This document shows positions 17,932 through 26,677 of a DNA stretch of 64,000 nucleotides, one piece after another. Position 1 is the first letter of the stretch; each line of letters starts with the position of its first letter. The notes below the pieces were generated by a model, which was given only the letters and a program-made list of their open reading frames with translations, was not told the origin of the DNA and did not search any database. Position numbers and translations under genes: made by a program. This DNA comes from a virus, in IMG/VR virus record IMGVR_UViG_3300028800_000012, positions 256-64,255 of that record. The stretch is one strand, 5' to 3'.

Positions 17932-18155
17932 GACACGGCATCCTCGAAAATATCCGGCCGCAGTTTTTCCTTGGGAATTTTTCCGCTCGTCGCAGCGTCA
18001 ATGGCCTTCGCCATCTTCGGGCTTACCGAGCCGCGCTGCTTGGCCTGCCAGATCGCATTCTGGGAGTAACCGGTGAGACGACCCAAAGCCGCCTCGGACC
18101 CGGCAATCTTAACGGCAGCGTCGAGCAATTCACGGACCATACCTCCGTCTAACAC
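17928..18155 (-). CDS. Cro / YdaS-family HTH regulator
   Basis: LGRLTGYSQNAIWQAKQRGSVSPKMAKAIDAATSGKIPKEKLRPDIF matches the YdaS/Cro pattern. It is divergent from the CI gene. The true start may be ATG 18138-18140, which could give a leaderless mRNA. Confidence 0.7.
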   Translation of the reverse strand: MLDGGMVRELLDAAVKIAGSEAALGRLTGYSQNAIWQAKQRGSVSPKMAKAIDAATSGKIPKEKLRPDIFEDAVS

Positions 18156-18174
18156 CGATCCGTGTATATGTCAA
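18146..18174 (-). promoter_or_regulatory. candidate early-left (cro-side) promoter
   Basis: On the minus strand the sequence reads TTGACA, then 17 nt, then TAGACG. The ATG at 18140 lies 5 nt after the -10 element. The 17-nt spacer is filled by the 19-bp operator. Confidence 0.45.
18151..18169. promoter_or_regulatory. 19-bp operator copy 1 (AACACCGATCCGTGTATAT)
   Basis: It matches 19831-19849 at 18 of 19 positions. It is a near-palindrome (ACACCGATCCGTGT). Confidence 0.5.
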
Positions 18175-18234
18175 CGCCCTATCGTGTTGGACGGCGTGTT
18201 GGATTGTGACCGGGCCGAATGCCAAGTTCCGGCC

Positions 18235-18912
18235 ATGCAGAATCAGCGAAATCCCGGGGAAATCGTTAGGGATCGGCGCAAGGAATTGGGCTGGTCACAG
18301 ACGCAACTCGCCAAAAAAGTCGGCTCGAACCAGCAGACGATCGGCAAAATTGAAAAAGGGCAGACGAAAAAATCTCCTCTTCTGCCGTTGATTGCCGTGG
18401 TTCTTGGAATCCCGATCGAGCGATTGGTTCCCGGAGTCAATGCGCTTGACCCAAATCAGGTGGCGCGAGAACTGCCGCGTTATGTTTTGGACAGCACACA
18501 GGTCCGCGAAACAGTTGCTGGTCGGCGTGACTTGCCGTTACACTCGATGGTGGAAGCTGGAAGTGGTGCGTTGGTAATGTCCTCCGATCCTGTTGATAGG
18601 ATCGATCGACCCGACGTTTTGACATTCGTCAAAGACGCTTATGCCGTTATTGTCGTCGGCGACAGCATGTTCCCCGTTCTCAAGGCCGGCTACCGGGTGA
18701 AGGTTCACCCGCACACGGTTCCCCGTCCCGAGGACATCTGCCTGTTTATCCGCGATGAGAACGGCGAGTTCCACGCCACCATAAAGGAATATATCGGCCA
18801 AACTAAGGACGCCTGGAAGGTTCGCCGGTATCACCCCAAGGAAGAAACCATCCTGCTCAAAAAGCGCGAGTGGCCGCGCTGCGATGTGGTGGTCGGCGTC
18901 GATTACCGATGA
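18235..18912 (+). CDS. cI: CI-type repressor (XRE HTH plus S24/LexA-like peptidase)
   Basis: Start at ATG 18235. HTH segment IVRDRRKELGWSQTQLAKKVGSNQQTIGKIEKG. S24 motif VVGDSMFPVLKAGYRVKV, with a downstream Lys. Confidence 0.85.
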   Translation: MQNQRNPGEIVRDRRKELGWSQTQLAKKVGSNQQTIGKIEKGQTKKSPLLPLIAVVLGIPIERLVPGVNALDPNQVARELPRYVLDSTQVRETVAGRRDLPLHSMVEAGSGALVMSSDPVDRIDRPDVLTFVKDAYAVIVVGDSMFPVLKAGYRVKVHPHTVPRPEDICLFIRDENGEFHATIKEYIGQTKDAWKVRRYHPKEETILLKKREWPRCDVVVGVDYR

Positions 18913-19322
18913 TCCCGTCCATTTCGCCATTAGAGCGGCATACGTTCGTTTTTTGTTCTAATCGGCTACCCCGCATAAGCTCAGCCGCTTTTATCGCATG
19001 GGCGGCGTTCTGTGGCGTTTCCAGCGCCCGCCCCGCCGAAGTCCAGACCGTCGACGGCGGCGTGGTCTGCCTGCGGCCGTTCGAATTGCGCGAAGGCATC
19101 GTCGCCGCCAACCGGAACGACCAAGCCTGGCTGCGTGAGCTGGGCTGTGTGAGGCTATCCGGCGGCATCCGCGCTGTCCTGATCGATCCGAACGCGGCCC
19201 CGGCGGCGCCGTGGCAGGTCCGCCTCTACCCGCCCGGCAAGCCGGACGGGATCACCGGCTGGGGCTATGCGCCGAGTTTCCAGACCAGGGACGGCAAGCC
19301 GTTCTGGCCAGTCGGCCGGTAG
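18909..19322 (+). CDS. secreted protein translationally coupled to cI
   Basis: ATG 18909 overlaps the cI stop (ATGA). Signal-like N-terminus ...RISSAAFIAWAAFCGVSSARPAEV. Confidence 0.5.
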   Translation: MIPSISPLERHTFVFCSNRLPRISSAAFIAWAAFCGVSSARPAEVQTVDGGVVCLRPFELREGIVAANRNDQAWLRELGCVRLSGGIRAVLIDPNAAPAAPWQVRLYPPGKPDGITGWGYAPSFQTRDGKPFWPVGR

Positions 19323-19378
19323 CGGCGGAACTTTTCCCGGCCGCGCGCGAATTTTTTCGCTGGACAGCCTACTGTAAT

Positions 19379-19517
19379 TACAACCTCTCCCCGTGGGGAG
19401 AGTCTAAGATATTGGAGAGACTATCCTATCTACAGTCTCTCAGTATGGATAGACCTTACCATATGGAGAGTCAGTAAGCTTTACCTTATGGAGAGTCAGA
19501 TATCTTATACAACCTCT
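19379..19517. repeat. GGAGAG(T/A)C repeat array bounded by a TACAACCTCT direct repeat
   Basis: Hairpin CTCTCCCCGTGGGGAGAG at 19385-19402. Inverted pair GGAGAGACT...AGTCTCTC at 19414-19441. Two direct copies of TATGGAGAGTCAG at 19462-19474 and 19487-19499. TACAACCTCT occurs at 19379-19388 and 19508-19517. Confidence 0.5.
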
Positions 19518-19821
19518 GTGCCGCGTTGCTGCGCACGCAAATACACGGCACTCTAACCAATTCCACGCACTTTTTAACGACACTCTGTTCACGTTTTGTT
19601 ACATAGCGTTTCAGTGCCGTATCACAGAGACATTAGATCACAAAATATTACAATCCATTACATTTAGGCCGTGTTCCTTGGTCTATTCAGCAGGCATTGC
19701 CATACGGCACGTCCTCTCCAAAACCGCTATTCAGAAAGGGTTTTTTGCCGGCGGCGCGGCTGGGCGGGATGCCGCCGTCAACAAAAATCAGGGTCAACCT
19801 TAACCGACACACTTTTTGGTG

Positions 19822-19850
19822 TTGACCAATAACACCGTTCCGTGTATATC
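19822..19850 (+). promoter_or_regulatory. candidate early-right promoter
   Basis: TTGACC, then 17 nt, then TATATC. It lies 27 nt upstream of ATG 19877. Its spacer and -10 element overlap the operator copy. Confidence 0.55.
19831..19849. promoter_or_regulatory. 19-bp operator copy 2 (AACACCGTTCCGTGTATAT)
   Basis: 18 of 19 positions match 18151-18169. It is flanked by the inverted repeat GGTGTT-N7-AACACC (19819-19837). Confidence 0.5.
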
Positions 19851-19876
19851 TGGCGTTGTCAATCGGAGACGACGCG

Positions 19877-20240
19877 AATGACGGGGGTCTTGACCTTTCG
19901 TTTCGAGGAACTGCCGTTGGTCGACGAGGGCGGCTTCGAGGCCGGCTTTGTCGATGGAGAAGCGGAGATATCCTTCTACCCCGAAGGGGAATGGTTCATC
20001 CGCTCTATCTCGGTTGAAGCATTGGACTTCAAGTCGGCGGTCATTCCGAAGCCGACCCGCATGGTCGAGATCGACCGCAACACCGAACTCTACCTGAACA
20101 TCTTCGACAACTTGGAGCGGGGCCGCTTCCGCGACGCCATCGAAAGCGATGTGCAGACGGCGCTCGCATCGGCAGCGGAAGACGAGGCCGCTGGTCGCGG
20201 CGATGCCGGCCACAAGCGGCACAAGGCGGAGGCGATGTGA
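19877..20240 (+). CDS. hypothetical protein (120 aa), first gene of the early-right operon
   Basis: ATG 19877 lies within track ORF 19842-20240 (MTGVLTFRFEELPLVDEGG...). Confidence 0.5.
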
Positions 20241-20473
20241 TGGCGTTGTCACCGAAAACCGAAGCCGCGCTGGACGACCTTGAGTCCAACAGCCGCGAAC
20301 TCGGCTTTGTGCGCGGCCTCGCGACGGCCGCCGAACTCGTCGCCGCTGCCGGCCAGATCGGACTGTCGATGCAGATCGCGATCCTGACCATGCGCCCGGA
20401 ACTGGCGCACCTCGACGCGGAGTCCAGAAAGATTGCGACGCGGCTCGCAAAACAGAGCGGAGCCGCCGCATGA
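20237..20473 (+). CDS. hypothetical protein (78 aa)
   Basis: Track ORF, with start and stop overlapping neighbours. Confidence 0.45.
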   Translation: MMALSPKTEAALDDLESNSRELGFVRGLATAAELVAAAGQIGLSMQIAILTMRPELAHLDAESRKIATRLAKQSGAAA

Positions 20474-20523
20474 AACGTCGCATGCTTATCCGGTTAACGC
20501 ACACAAACGCTGAGGCATACTAG

Positions 20524-21555
20524 ATGTTGATGCCAGAAACTCTTGATCTTTTCAGCGGAGCTGTCGGCGGATGGTCGCTCGGAATGCACCGCGCCGGATT
20601 TCGCACCGTCGCGGCCTGCGAAGCCGACCCATGGAGACGCGCCGTCTATGCCCACAACAATCCGGGAATCCCGATCTACGACGATGTCAGAACCGTCACG
20701 GCAGATCGACTTCGGATCGATCTTGGAGAGCTTCCGCCCGTCATCGTCGGAAGCCCTCCCTGTCAGGACGCCAGCAGCGCCAACACAAAGGGGCGCGGCG
20801 TCGATGGCGAGCGCACGGGCCTCTTCTTCGAAGCAATCCGCATCGTCCGAGAATGCCGACCTCGCTGGGCGGCTTTTGAGAACAGCCCTATGCTCCGAAC
20901 TCGGGGCTATGACCGGCTCTACGATGCGTTTCAGCAAGCGGGATACGCCTGCTGGCCGCTCGTGGTGGGTGCTGACGACCTCGAAGCCCCGCACAAACGA
21001 AAGCGCGTCTGGATCATCGCTTTCAACGCCGAAGGCGTCCGACCCTTATGCTGGCGGTCATGGCGACACCGGCTGGAAGGGATCGCTGGCGCATCAGCTT
21101 CGCGGCACGATCCTGACGCCGACATCGATCCAGGGCGAGTTTGGGCACCGCCTTCGAACGCTGACCGAGACGGCGTTGCCGGACAACGCGCGGCCGAAGC
21201 GCCCGAGGAATCTGGACATAGGCAAACTGCCAACGCCGACAGCACGGGATCATCGCTCGGGGAAAGCCTCGGAGGCCACGCGCGCGCGCAATTCGAGGCC
21301 CTTGAGCGAGCAGTTGGACCAGCGGTCCATGCTTGGAACGGCGGCGTTGCTCGGCATCTCGGAATGGCTCATGGGCTTGCCGCCCGGCTGGCTGACATCC
21401 GCGTGCCTGACCACAAATATCCCGGAGCCACCATCAACGCCGCGAAGGCGTGCATCTCCGCGCACGGCGACGCCATCCTCCCGCAAATCGCGGAAGCCAT
21501 CGGACGAAGCATCCTGAGAACCGAAGCGGCGCTGGCCGCCGTTTCAGGACATTGA
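20524..21555 (+). CDS. DNA (cytosine-5)-methyltransferase with an apparent frame-switched middle section
   Basis: Frame 1 carries motif I LDLFSGAVGG, motif IV GSPPCQDAS, motif VI ENSP, motif VIII PHKRKRVWIIA, and the C-terminal GDAILPQIAEAIG. Between about 21040 and 21400, the typical KLPTPTARDHRSG and SEWLMGLPPGW motifs and a higher third-position GC are in frame 2 (track ORF 20543-21517). Confidence 0.75.
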   Translation: MLMPETLDLFSGAVGGWSLGMHRAGFRTVAACEADPWRRAVYAHNNPGIPIYDDVRTVTADRLRIDLGELPPVIVGSPPCQDASSANTKGRGVDGERTGLFFEAIRIVRECRPRWAAFENSPMLRTRGYDRLYDAFQQAGYACWPLVVGADDLEAPHKRKRVWIIAFNAEGVRPLCWRSWRHRLEGIAGASASRHDPDADIDPGRVWAPPSNADRDGVAGQRAAEAPEESGHRQTANADSTGSSLGESLGGHARAQFEALERAVGPAVHAWNGGVARHLGMAHGLAARLADIRVPDHKYPGATINAAKACISAHGDAILPQIAEAIGRSILRTEAALAAVSGH

Positions 21556-21561
21556 ACTAAA

Positions 21562-21801
21562 ATGACGCATTCCATCGGGAAACCACATACGAACGTCGTC
21601 GATCGAGAGGATTTTACGATGACCACAACATCTAGGGCTGTGTGTGGCAACCGGATAAGCATGAAACGTCTCAACGACTGCGGCTTCCGCGCCTCATCGC
21701 CGCACAGTTTCGGCGCCTGTGCGCTGGTTGATTTGGCTTTGATTGCCGGCGGCATCGTCGCGATCTCAATCGTGCAATGGTTCGTGGGGGCGATGTCGTG
21801 A
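21562..21801 (+). CDS. hypothetical protein (79 aa)
   Basis: Track ORF with a C-terminal hydrophobic segment. Confidence 0.35.
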   Translation: MTHSIGKPHTNVVDREDFTMTTTSRAVCGNRISMKRLNDCGFRASSPHSFGACALVDLALIAGGIVAISIVQWFVGAMS

Positions 21802-22025
21802 GCGGCAATCTTCAAATCCTGCCCTGCCCGTTCTGCGGCGGGCCTGCCGAAGTCGAACAGGTCGGCGTAGGCGATGAATATGTGACGTTCACGGTCGGCT
21901 GCAATGAGAGCGGCGGAACTATCGAATGCATGGGGTATCAGTCGCTTTCGACGTATCCAACGCGTAAGGCGGCCATCGCCGCGTGGAATACGCGCGCTCC
22001 GATTCAAATCGGAGCCGCCGCATGA
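21798..22025 (+). CDS. Lar-family restriction alleviation protein
   Basis: GTG 21798 overlaps the upstream stop. LQILPCPFCGGPAEVEQ...VGCNE...KAAIAAWNTRAP matches the Lar pattern (CPFCGG...C...AI.AWNTRA). Confidence 0.65.
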   Translation: MSGNLQILPCPFCGGPAEVEQVGVGDEYVTFTVGCNESGGTIECMGYQSLSTYPTRKAAIAAWNTRAPIQIGAAA

Positions 22026-22246
22026 CCAAATCCATTACCATGCAGATGGCGGCGGACGACGTTGGCCGGATTGCGGAAGCGGTCGATGCTTTAGGAAAGA
22101 TGCTCGATAGGTTTCATTCCGAGCATGGGCCGATCTTATACGAGGAATTGGAGCGGGCGTGGCCTGATGCGATGAACTTTGGCGGTCCTGCAGCGCGACC
22201 GCTTTATGAACTCGAACGCAAGTGGACGCCGCCGCATGACCAATGA
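22022..22246 (+). CDS. hypothetical protein (74 aa)
   Basis: ATG 22022 overlaps the upstream stop (ATGA). Confidence 0.4.
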   Translation: MTKSITMQMAADDVGRIAEAVDALGKMLDRFHSEHGPILYEELERAWPDAMNFGGPAARPLYELERKWTPPHDQ

Positions 22247-22451
22247 CGAAATCGCCCTACGCGGCAAGATCGCCGGTCTGGAATCGTCGGCGCGCATTTA
22301 CGGCCGCGCCTATGACAGCGCACGCGCCGAATCCAAAGACCTCACAGCAACACGAATGCTGCGCTACTTGCGCGATGCAACTGATGCCGAATTGGTGGCG
22401 GCGGTGGAAGAACTCGGGCGCATGACGATGACGGAGGACGTGCTGCAGTGA
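22236..22451 (+). CDS. hypothetical protein (71 aa)
   Basis: ATG 22236 lies within track ORF 22179-22451. Confidence 0.4.
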   Translation: MTNDEIALRGKIAGLESSARIYGRAYDSARAESKDLTATRMLRYLRDATDAELVAAVEELGRMTMTEDVLQ

Positions 22452-22657
22452 CGCCGCGCCAATCCCGCATCGAATACTTACGCGGCAAACGCGCCATCTA
22501 CGAGCGCCTGGGCAAGCGGAAGAAGCTTATCAAGATCGATGCGGAACTGGAGCCGCTCGTAACGGCAGAACTTGCGGAAGAAAACTTAGCGGCGAGCATC
22601 GCCGCCGATTTGGAATGGATCGGCGGCGGATGTGATCGAATGGGAGAGGCGGCGTGA
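22448..22657 (+). CDS. hypothetical protein (69 aa)
   Basis: Track ORF with a coupled start. Confidence 0.4.
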   Translation: MTPRQSRIEYLRGKRAIYERLGKRKKLIKIDAELEPLVTAELAEENLAASIAADLEWIGGGCDRMGEAA

Positions 22658-23574
22658 GTGAAAGGCTTGGTATCTATTTCGGGCTATCAGAAGCGGACTA
22701 CTTTTCCGATCCGGCCATCAGTTCGACGGACATCCGACGACTTCTCAAATCGGCCCCGGACTACTGGTTTCTGTCACCATGGAATCCGTTGAAGCCGTCC
22801 GACGATCCGACGCCGAGCCAGTATTTCGGTCGAGCCGTGCATCGTTTTGTCCTCGAAGGCGAGGCGGCGTTTATGTCGGCATACGCGCCGACAGACTTTC
22901 CTGGGAACAGGAAGGAAGGGAAAGCGGAACGAGAGGCTATCGAAGCGGCTGGAAAGCTGCCGATCAAACGCGACGACTTCAACCGCATCGCGCAGTCGGC
23001 GCAGATGATCCGCGCGAATGAACATCTACGAGACGCCTTCCAGAACGGGCACCACGAAGTCAGCGTCTTTTGGAAACGGGACGACGGGCTCCGGCTTAAA
23101 TGCCGGATGGACTATCTCAAAATCCGCGCTGTTACGGATTTGAAGTCGACGCGCAACACGCGACAACTCGACTTTGCGCAAGCCTGCATCCGGTCCATGT
23201 GCGACTACCATTATGAAATCCAGGCGGAGCATTACCTTGAAGGCCGCCGGGCAGTGCGTGATCTGTGGCGCGACCGGCTCGTCTTTGGCGACCATGACGC
23301 CGGCTGGATGAAGAAGGTCGCCAATTCGCACGAAGCGGCCTTCGTTTTTGTCTTTTGGCAAGCCGAAGGGGCGCCGATTACGTGGTCGTGCTCGCTGTCT
23401 CCCGGCAATCCGATTTTGGAGACGGCGCGGCGCGAGATCGAGTTTGCATTTAGCCGCTATCGAGATTTTGAGAGCCGCTTCGGCCTCAATGCGCCGTGGG
23501 TACTGCTCGACCCGGTGAAGGAATTGTCGGCCGATGAATTGCCGGCGTGGGCGATGGTGAACAGGGCGGCATAG
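22654..23574 (+). CDS. PD-(D/E)XK recombination exonuclease
   Basis: 306 aa. GRAVHRFVLEG, CRMDYLK...VTDLKST (D...DxK) and YHYEIQAEHY (QxxxY) occur in the order typical of RecB/Cas4-like phage exonucleases. Confidence 0.65.
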   Translation: MSERLGIYFGLSEADYFSDPAISSTDIRRLLKSAPDYWFLSPWNPLKPSDDPTPSQYFGRAVHRFVLEGEAAFMSAYAPTDFPGNRKEGKAEREAIEAAGKLPIKRDDFNRIAQSAQMIRANEHLRDAFQNGHHEVSVFWKRDDGLRLKCRMDYLKIRAVTDLKSTRNTRQLDFAQACIRSMCDYHYEIQAEHYLEGRRAVRDLWRDRLVFGDHDAGWMKKVANSHEAAFVFVFWQAEGAPITWSCSLSPGNPILETARREIEFAFSRYRDFESRFGLNAPWVLLDPVKELSADELPAWAMVNRAA

Positions 23575-23583
23575 GGACGCAAC

Positions 23584-24639
23584 ATGTCAAACGCTGAAAT
23601 TCTCGATGAGGCAGAAGACGCCCCGTCTACCTCAATAGACGTGACCGATGCGTCGCTGGCGGTCGGGCTGACCCGCGCCGAAATTGACACGCAGATCGCA
23701 ACGGCGCGCAAGTTTCCGCGGCACCTCAGGGCCGTGCAAAACCGGCTGATGTCATACGTCACGCTCGACGAGGAGACGGCCGCAGAGTGTTTATACGCGC
23801 TACCCAGAGCAGGGAAGCCCATCAAGGGGCCGAGCATCCGGTTTGCCGAAGCTCTGAAAGCGTCGTTCGGCAATTGTCGCGCCGCAGCTCGTGTGGTGCA
23901 TGTCGACCGCACGGAGAAAGTCGTCATCGCCCAAGGCGTGTTTCATGACCTGGAGACGAACTCGGCGAGTTCGGCGGAAGTTCGCCGCCGCATCGTCGAC
24001 AAGCGGGGCCGCATCTACAACGACGATATGATCAACGTCACTGGCAACGCCGCATGTTCGATCGCGCTGCGTAATGCGATCCTAGGCGGCGTCCCGAAGG
24101 CGTTATGGCGCGGCGCTTATGCGTCGGTGGAGAGCATCGTCACTGGCGACTTGGCTACGCTCTCTGTCACGCGCGACAAGGCCGTAAAGGCTCTCGCTGC
24201 GTTCGGCGCAACACCGGAGCAAGTCTTCGCTGCGCTTGGCGTCGGGAGCGCGGAAGAAATCGCTGCCGAGCACATCCCTATCCTGCGTGGCATGTTTGCC
24301 GCTCTTAAGAACGGTGAGGCGACGGCGGAGGAAATGTTCGCCAAGGTTACGACGGAGCCGGCGCATGCCGTTGTTGCAAATCCACTCAGCGACGCGGCGC
24401 CGGTCGAACAACTTGCATCGGAACCATCGAAAGAGGATGCCCCGGCACAGAAGAAAGACGCGCCGCCCGCCGATCTTCTCGTCGAATACGACAAGGCATT
24501 TCTAGCCTGCAAGACAGCCGAAGCGCATACAGAAGTCGTCGAACGGTTTGCGGCGCGGATAGGAGAATTGAAAGCGCCGCAGAAGAAGACTGCGGAGGCT
24601 ATCGCGGCGCGTCATCTGGAGCGGGTGACGGAGGCGTAA
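23584..24639 (+). CDS. putative single-strand annealing protein (recombinase partner)
   Basis: 351 aa, immediately downstream of the exonuclease. Conserved-looking core ECLYALPRAGKPIKGPSIRFAEALKASFGN...NAACSIALRNAILGGVP. The family assignment is not certain. Confidence 0.45.
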   Translation: MSNAEILDEAEDAPSTSIDVTDASLAVGLTRAEIDTQIATARKFPRHLRAVQNRLMSYVTLDEETAAECLYALPRAGKPIKGPSIRFAEALKASFGNCRAAARVVHVDRTEKVVIAQGVFHDLETNSASSAEVRRRIVDKRGRIYNDDMINVTGNAACSIALRNAILGGVPKALWRGAYASVESIVTGDLATLSVTRDKAVKALAAFGATPEQVFAALGVGSAEEIAAEHIPILRGMFAALKNGEATAEEMFAKVTTEPAHAVVANPLSDAAPVEQLASEPSKEDAPAQKKDAPPADLLVEYDKAFLACKTAEAHTEVVERFAARIGELKAPQKKTAEAIAARHLERVTEA

Positions 24640-24891
24640 ATGAAGAAATGCCAGGATTGCAAATGGTGTTCCGAACCTGGACGGTTTGCCAAATGTAATG
24701 CGCCGCAAAATAGGACTACGCGCGGCTGGGATTCTGGGGTTTCACTCGTCGCTGACGGGCTGGTGCCGGAAGACGTGCGACGATGGGAGCATTGCGCAGT
24801 CCACCGCAATTGCGGGTGGATCGGCGCACGCATAACGAATTCGTGCGGACGTGAGGCCCGGTGGTTCGTCAATGCACAGACAGTGCCATGA
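24640..24891 (+). CDS. Cys-rich hypothetical protein (83 aa)
   Basis: Track ORF. Confidence 0.4.
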   Translation: MKKCQDCKWCSEPGRFAKCNAPQNRTTRGWDSGVSLVADGLVPEDVRRWEHCAVHRNCGWIGARITNSCGREARWFVNAQTVP

Positions 24892-25331
24892 TCCTCGCCG
24901 CGCATATCCTAACCATCAACGGACATCCATATTCGGTCCATTGCATCGGTGCCGAAGGATCGGAAGTCGTCTGTCAAATCGGGCCGGCACTGGTACGGCC
25001 GGATGGATGGAGAATCCCCGAAGGCTTGCCGCGCACGCATCGCCAATGCGTGAATTGGGGATTGCCGATGCGAGAGCTATTGGCGGCAGTGCTTCGCATG
25101 TCGGAACTTGCGAACGTGTTCGTGGCCCACGACTTCGCCGAACTCGACGCCAACATGCGGACATGGGCGGCTGGCGATAAGGCTTTGGCGGCGAGGCTTG
25201 ATCCGTGGACAAGGCCAGGCCCAGAGCGCGTCGATACGGCGCCGATGATTTTGGAGGCGCAGCCGAAAGACGCCGCCGATGTGCTTGCCGCCTATTTCAA
25301 AATGCGCGAGTCTGGAGGGATGGCCGCATGA
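24888..25331 (+). CDS. hypothetical protein (147 aa)
   Basis: ATG 24888 overlaps the upstream stop. Confidence 0.4.
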   Translation: MILAAHILTINGHPYSVHCIGAEGSEVVCQIGPALVRPDGWRIPEGLPRTHRQCVNWGLPMRELLAAVLRMSELANVFVAHDFAELDANMRTWAAGDKALAARLDPWTRPGPERVDTAPMILEAQPKDAADVLAAYFKMRESGGMAA

Positions 25332-25750
25332 AACGTAAAAGACCGTTCATGCCTCTTGCTGTGAAGTTGGAGGCGGCGATTCTCCAATTGGGTCTTAACC
25401 CGCGTGCCGTCGAGTATCACCACGACCCGGAACTAGAAGTTCGACCGTTCGACCCGATAACGAATCAATACTCCCCGGCAGCGAATGATGCGAAATATAT
25501 TCGCGTGGTGAGTGTCGCCGAGCACGCTAACATCACTAACAAAGACAACGGCACCGGACGATCTTCAAAAACTCTCGTGGCGCATGTGCGGCGCTCCGTT
25601 TCCGAGCATCAGCGGCATACAATTGCGATGGCGGCCAAGGTTCTTGGAACGCCAGCACCGCAAGATGATAAGCCGAGAAGAAAATGGGCGACCCGCAAGT
25701 TCAACTCGAAGGGACGAAATCCTATGCGCGGAAAGTCAGCCAAACAATAG
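25328..25750 (+). CDS. HNH-like endonuclease (tentative)
   Basis: ATG 25328 overlaps the upstream stop. VEYHHDPELEVRPFD...VSVAEHANITNKDNG resembles a short H-N-H core. Confidence 0.4.
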   Translation: MKRKRPFMPLAVKLEAAILQLGLNPRAVEYHHDPELEVRPFDPITNQYSPAANDAKYIRVVSVAEHANITNKDNGTGRSSKTLVAHVRRSVSEHQRHTIAMAAKVLGTPAPQDDKPRRKWATRKFNSKGRNPMRGKSAKQ

Positions 25751-25780
25751 TAACAGCCACAGCATGCGATTTATGAGAAA

Positions 25781-26377
25781 ATGACCGATCCGTTCCACAA
25801 TCTCCCCAAAGGCCACTTCGACGCGATCCTTGCGGACCCGCCGTGGTCGTTTGAGGTTTGGTCCGGCAAGGGAAAAGCCCGCTCAGCCGAAAACCATTAC
25901 GACACCATGACCATGCGCGAGATTGCACGGCTTCCTGTCGATGAAGTGGCCGCTCCAGATTGCGCGCTGTTCATGTGGTGCTGCTGGCCGTCGATTGGTG
26001 ACGCGCTACGCATCATTGACGCATGGGGTTTCACCTACAAGACGTGCGCCTTCTCTTGGATGAAGGCAGATCCATGCCGGCTCTTTGCCGACGATAAAAC
26101 GCCGTTCGCCGGCATGGGCTACTGGACACGCGCCAATACCGAGCCGTGTTTGCTGGCAACGCGAGGGAAGCCCAAGCGAATAAACGCTGACGTTCGCCAG
26201 GGCATCATTGCCCCGCGCCGCGAGCACAGCCGCAAGCCTGACGAGATTCATGAGCGCGTTGAGCGCCTAGTCAGCGGTCCTTATCTGGAGCTGTTCGCCC
26301 GCGCGCCGCGCGACAGTTGGACCGTCTGGGGAAACCAAACCGACAAGTTTTCTCCGGTGACGGAGGCGGCCGAATGA
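25781..26377 (+). CDS. MT-A70 family N6-adenine DNA methyltransferase
   Basis: 198 aa. DPPW catalytic motif (ILADPPWSF) and the EHSRKPDE segment. Confidence 0.8.
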   Translation: MTDPFHNLPKGHFDAILADPPWSFEVWSGKGKARSAENHYDTMTMREIARLPVDEVAAPDCALFMWCCWPSIGDALRIIDAWGFTYKTCAFSWMKADPCRLFADDKTPFAGMGYWTRANTEPCLLATRGKPKRINADVRQGIIAPRREHSRKPDEIHERVERLVSGPYLELFARAPRDSWTVWGNQTDKFSPVTEAAE

Positions 26378-26511
26378 GAACCTACGTCGTCAAATACATC
26401 ACCGCCGACGACTGCCCGCTTTACGACCTGCTTGGGTGGAAGATCACATTTTACGGAACGCGAAGCTGCATCGGGCCGTGCTTCATCGCATCGTTCTTAT
26501 GCAGAAAGTAA
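26374..26511 (+). CDS. small hypothetical protein (45 aa)
   Basis: ATG 26374 overlaps the methyltransferase stop. Confidence 0.3.
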   Translation: MRTYVVKYITADDCPLYDLLGWKITFYGTRSCIGPCFIASFLCRK

Positions 26512-26542
26512 GTCATCCAGCGAACAAGCCGCGTATCTAACG

Positions 26543-26550
26543 GAGAGAAC
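26543..26550. repeat. target-site duplication of IS copy 1 (GAGAGAAC), left
   Basis: Identical 8-mer at 28633-28640, immediately outside the inverted repeats. Confidence 0.8.
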
Positions 26551-26677
26551 CATGCCTATCCGGTTGCGTCCCACGCATACCTCCTGTTGTACCTATGCAA
26601 TCTATCCGGTTTACTCCCACAAAGCCCCGTGCCATAAATGAGGGGTAGGGCGAGGGACGCCCGATAGGGAGAGACAG

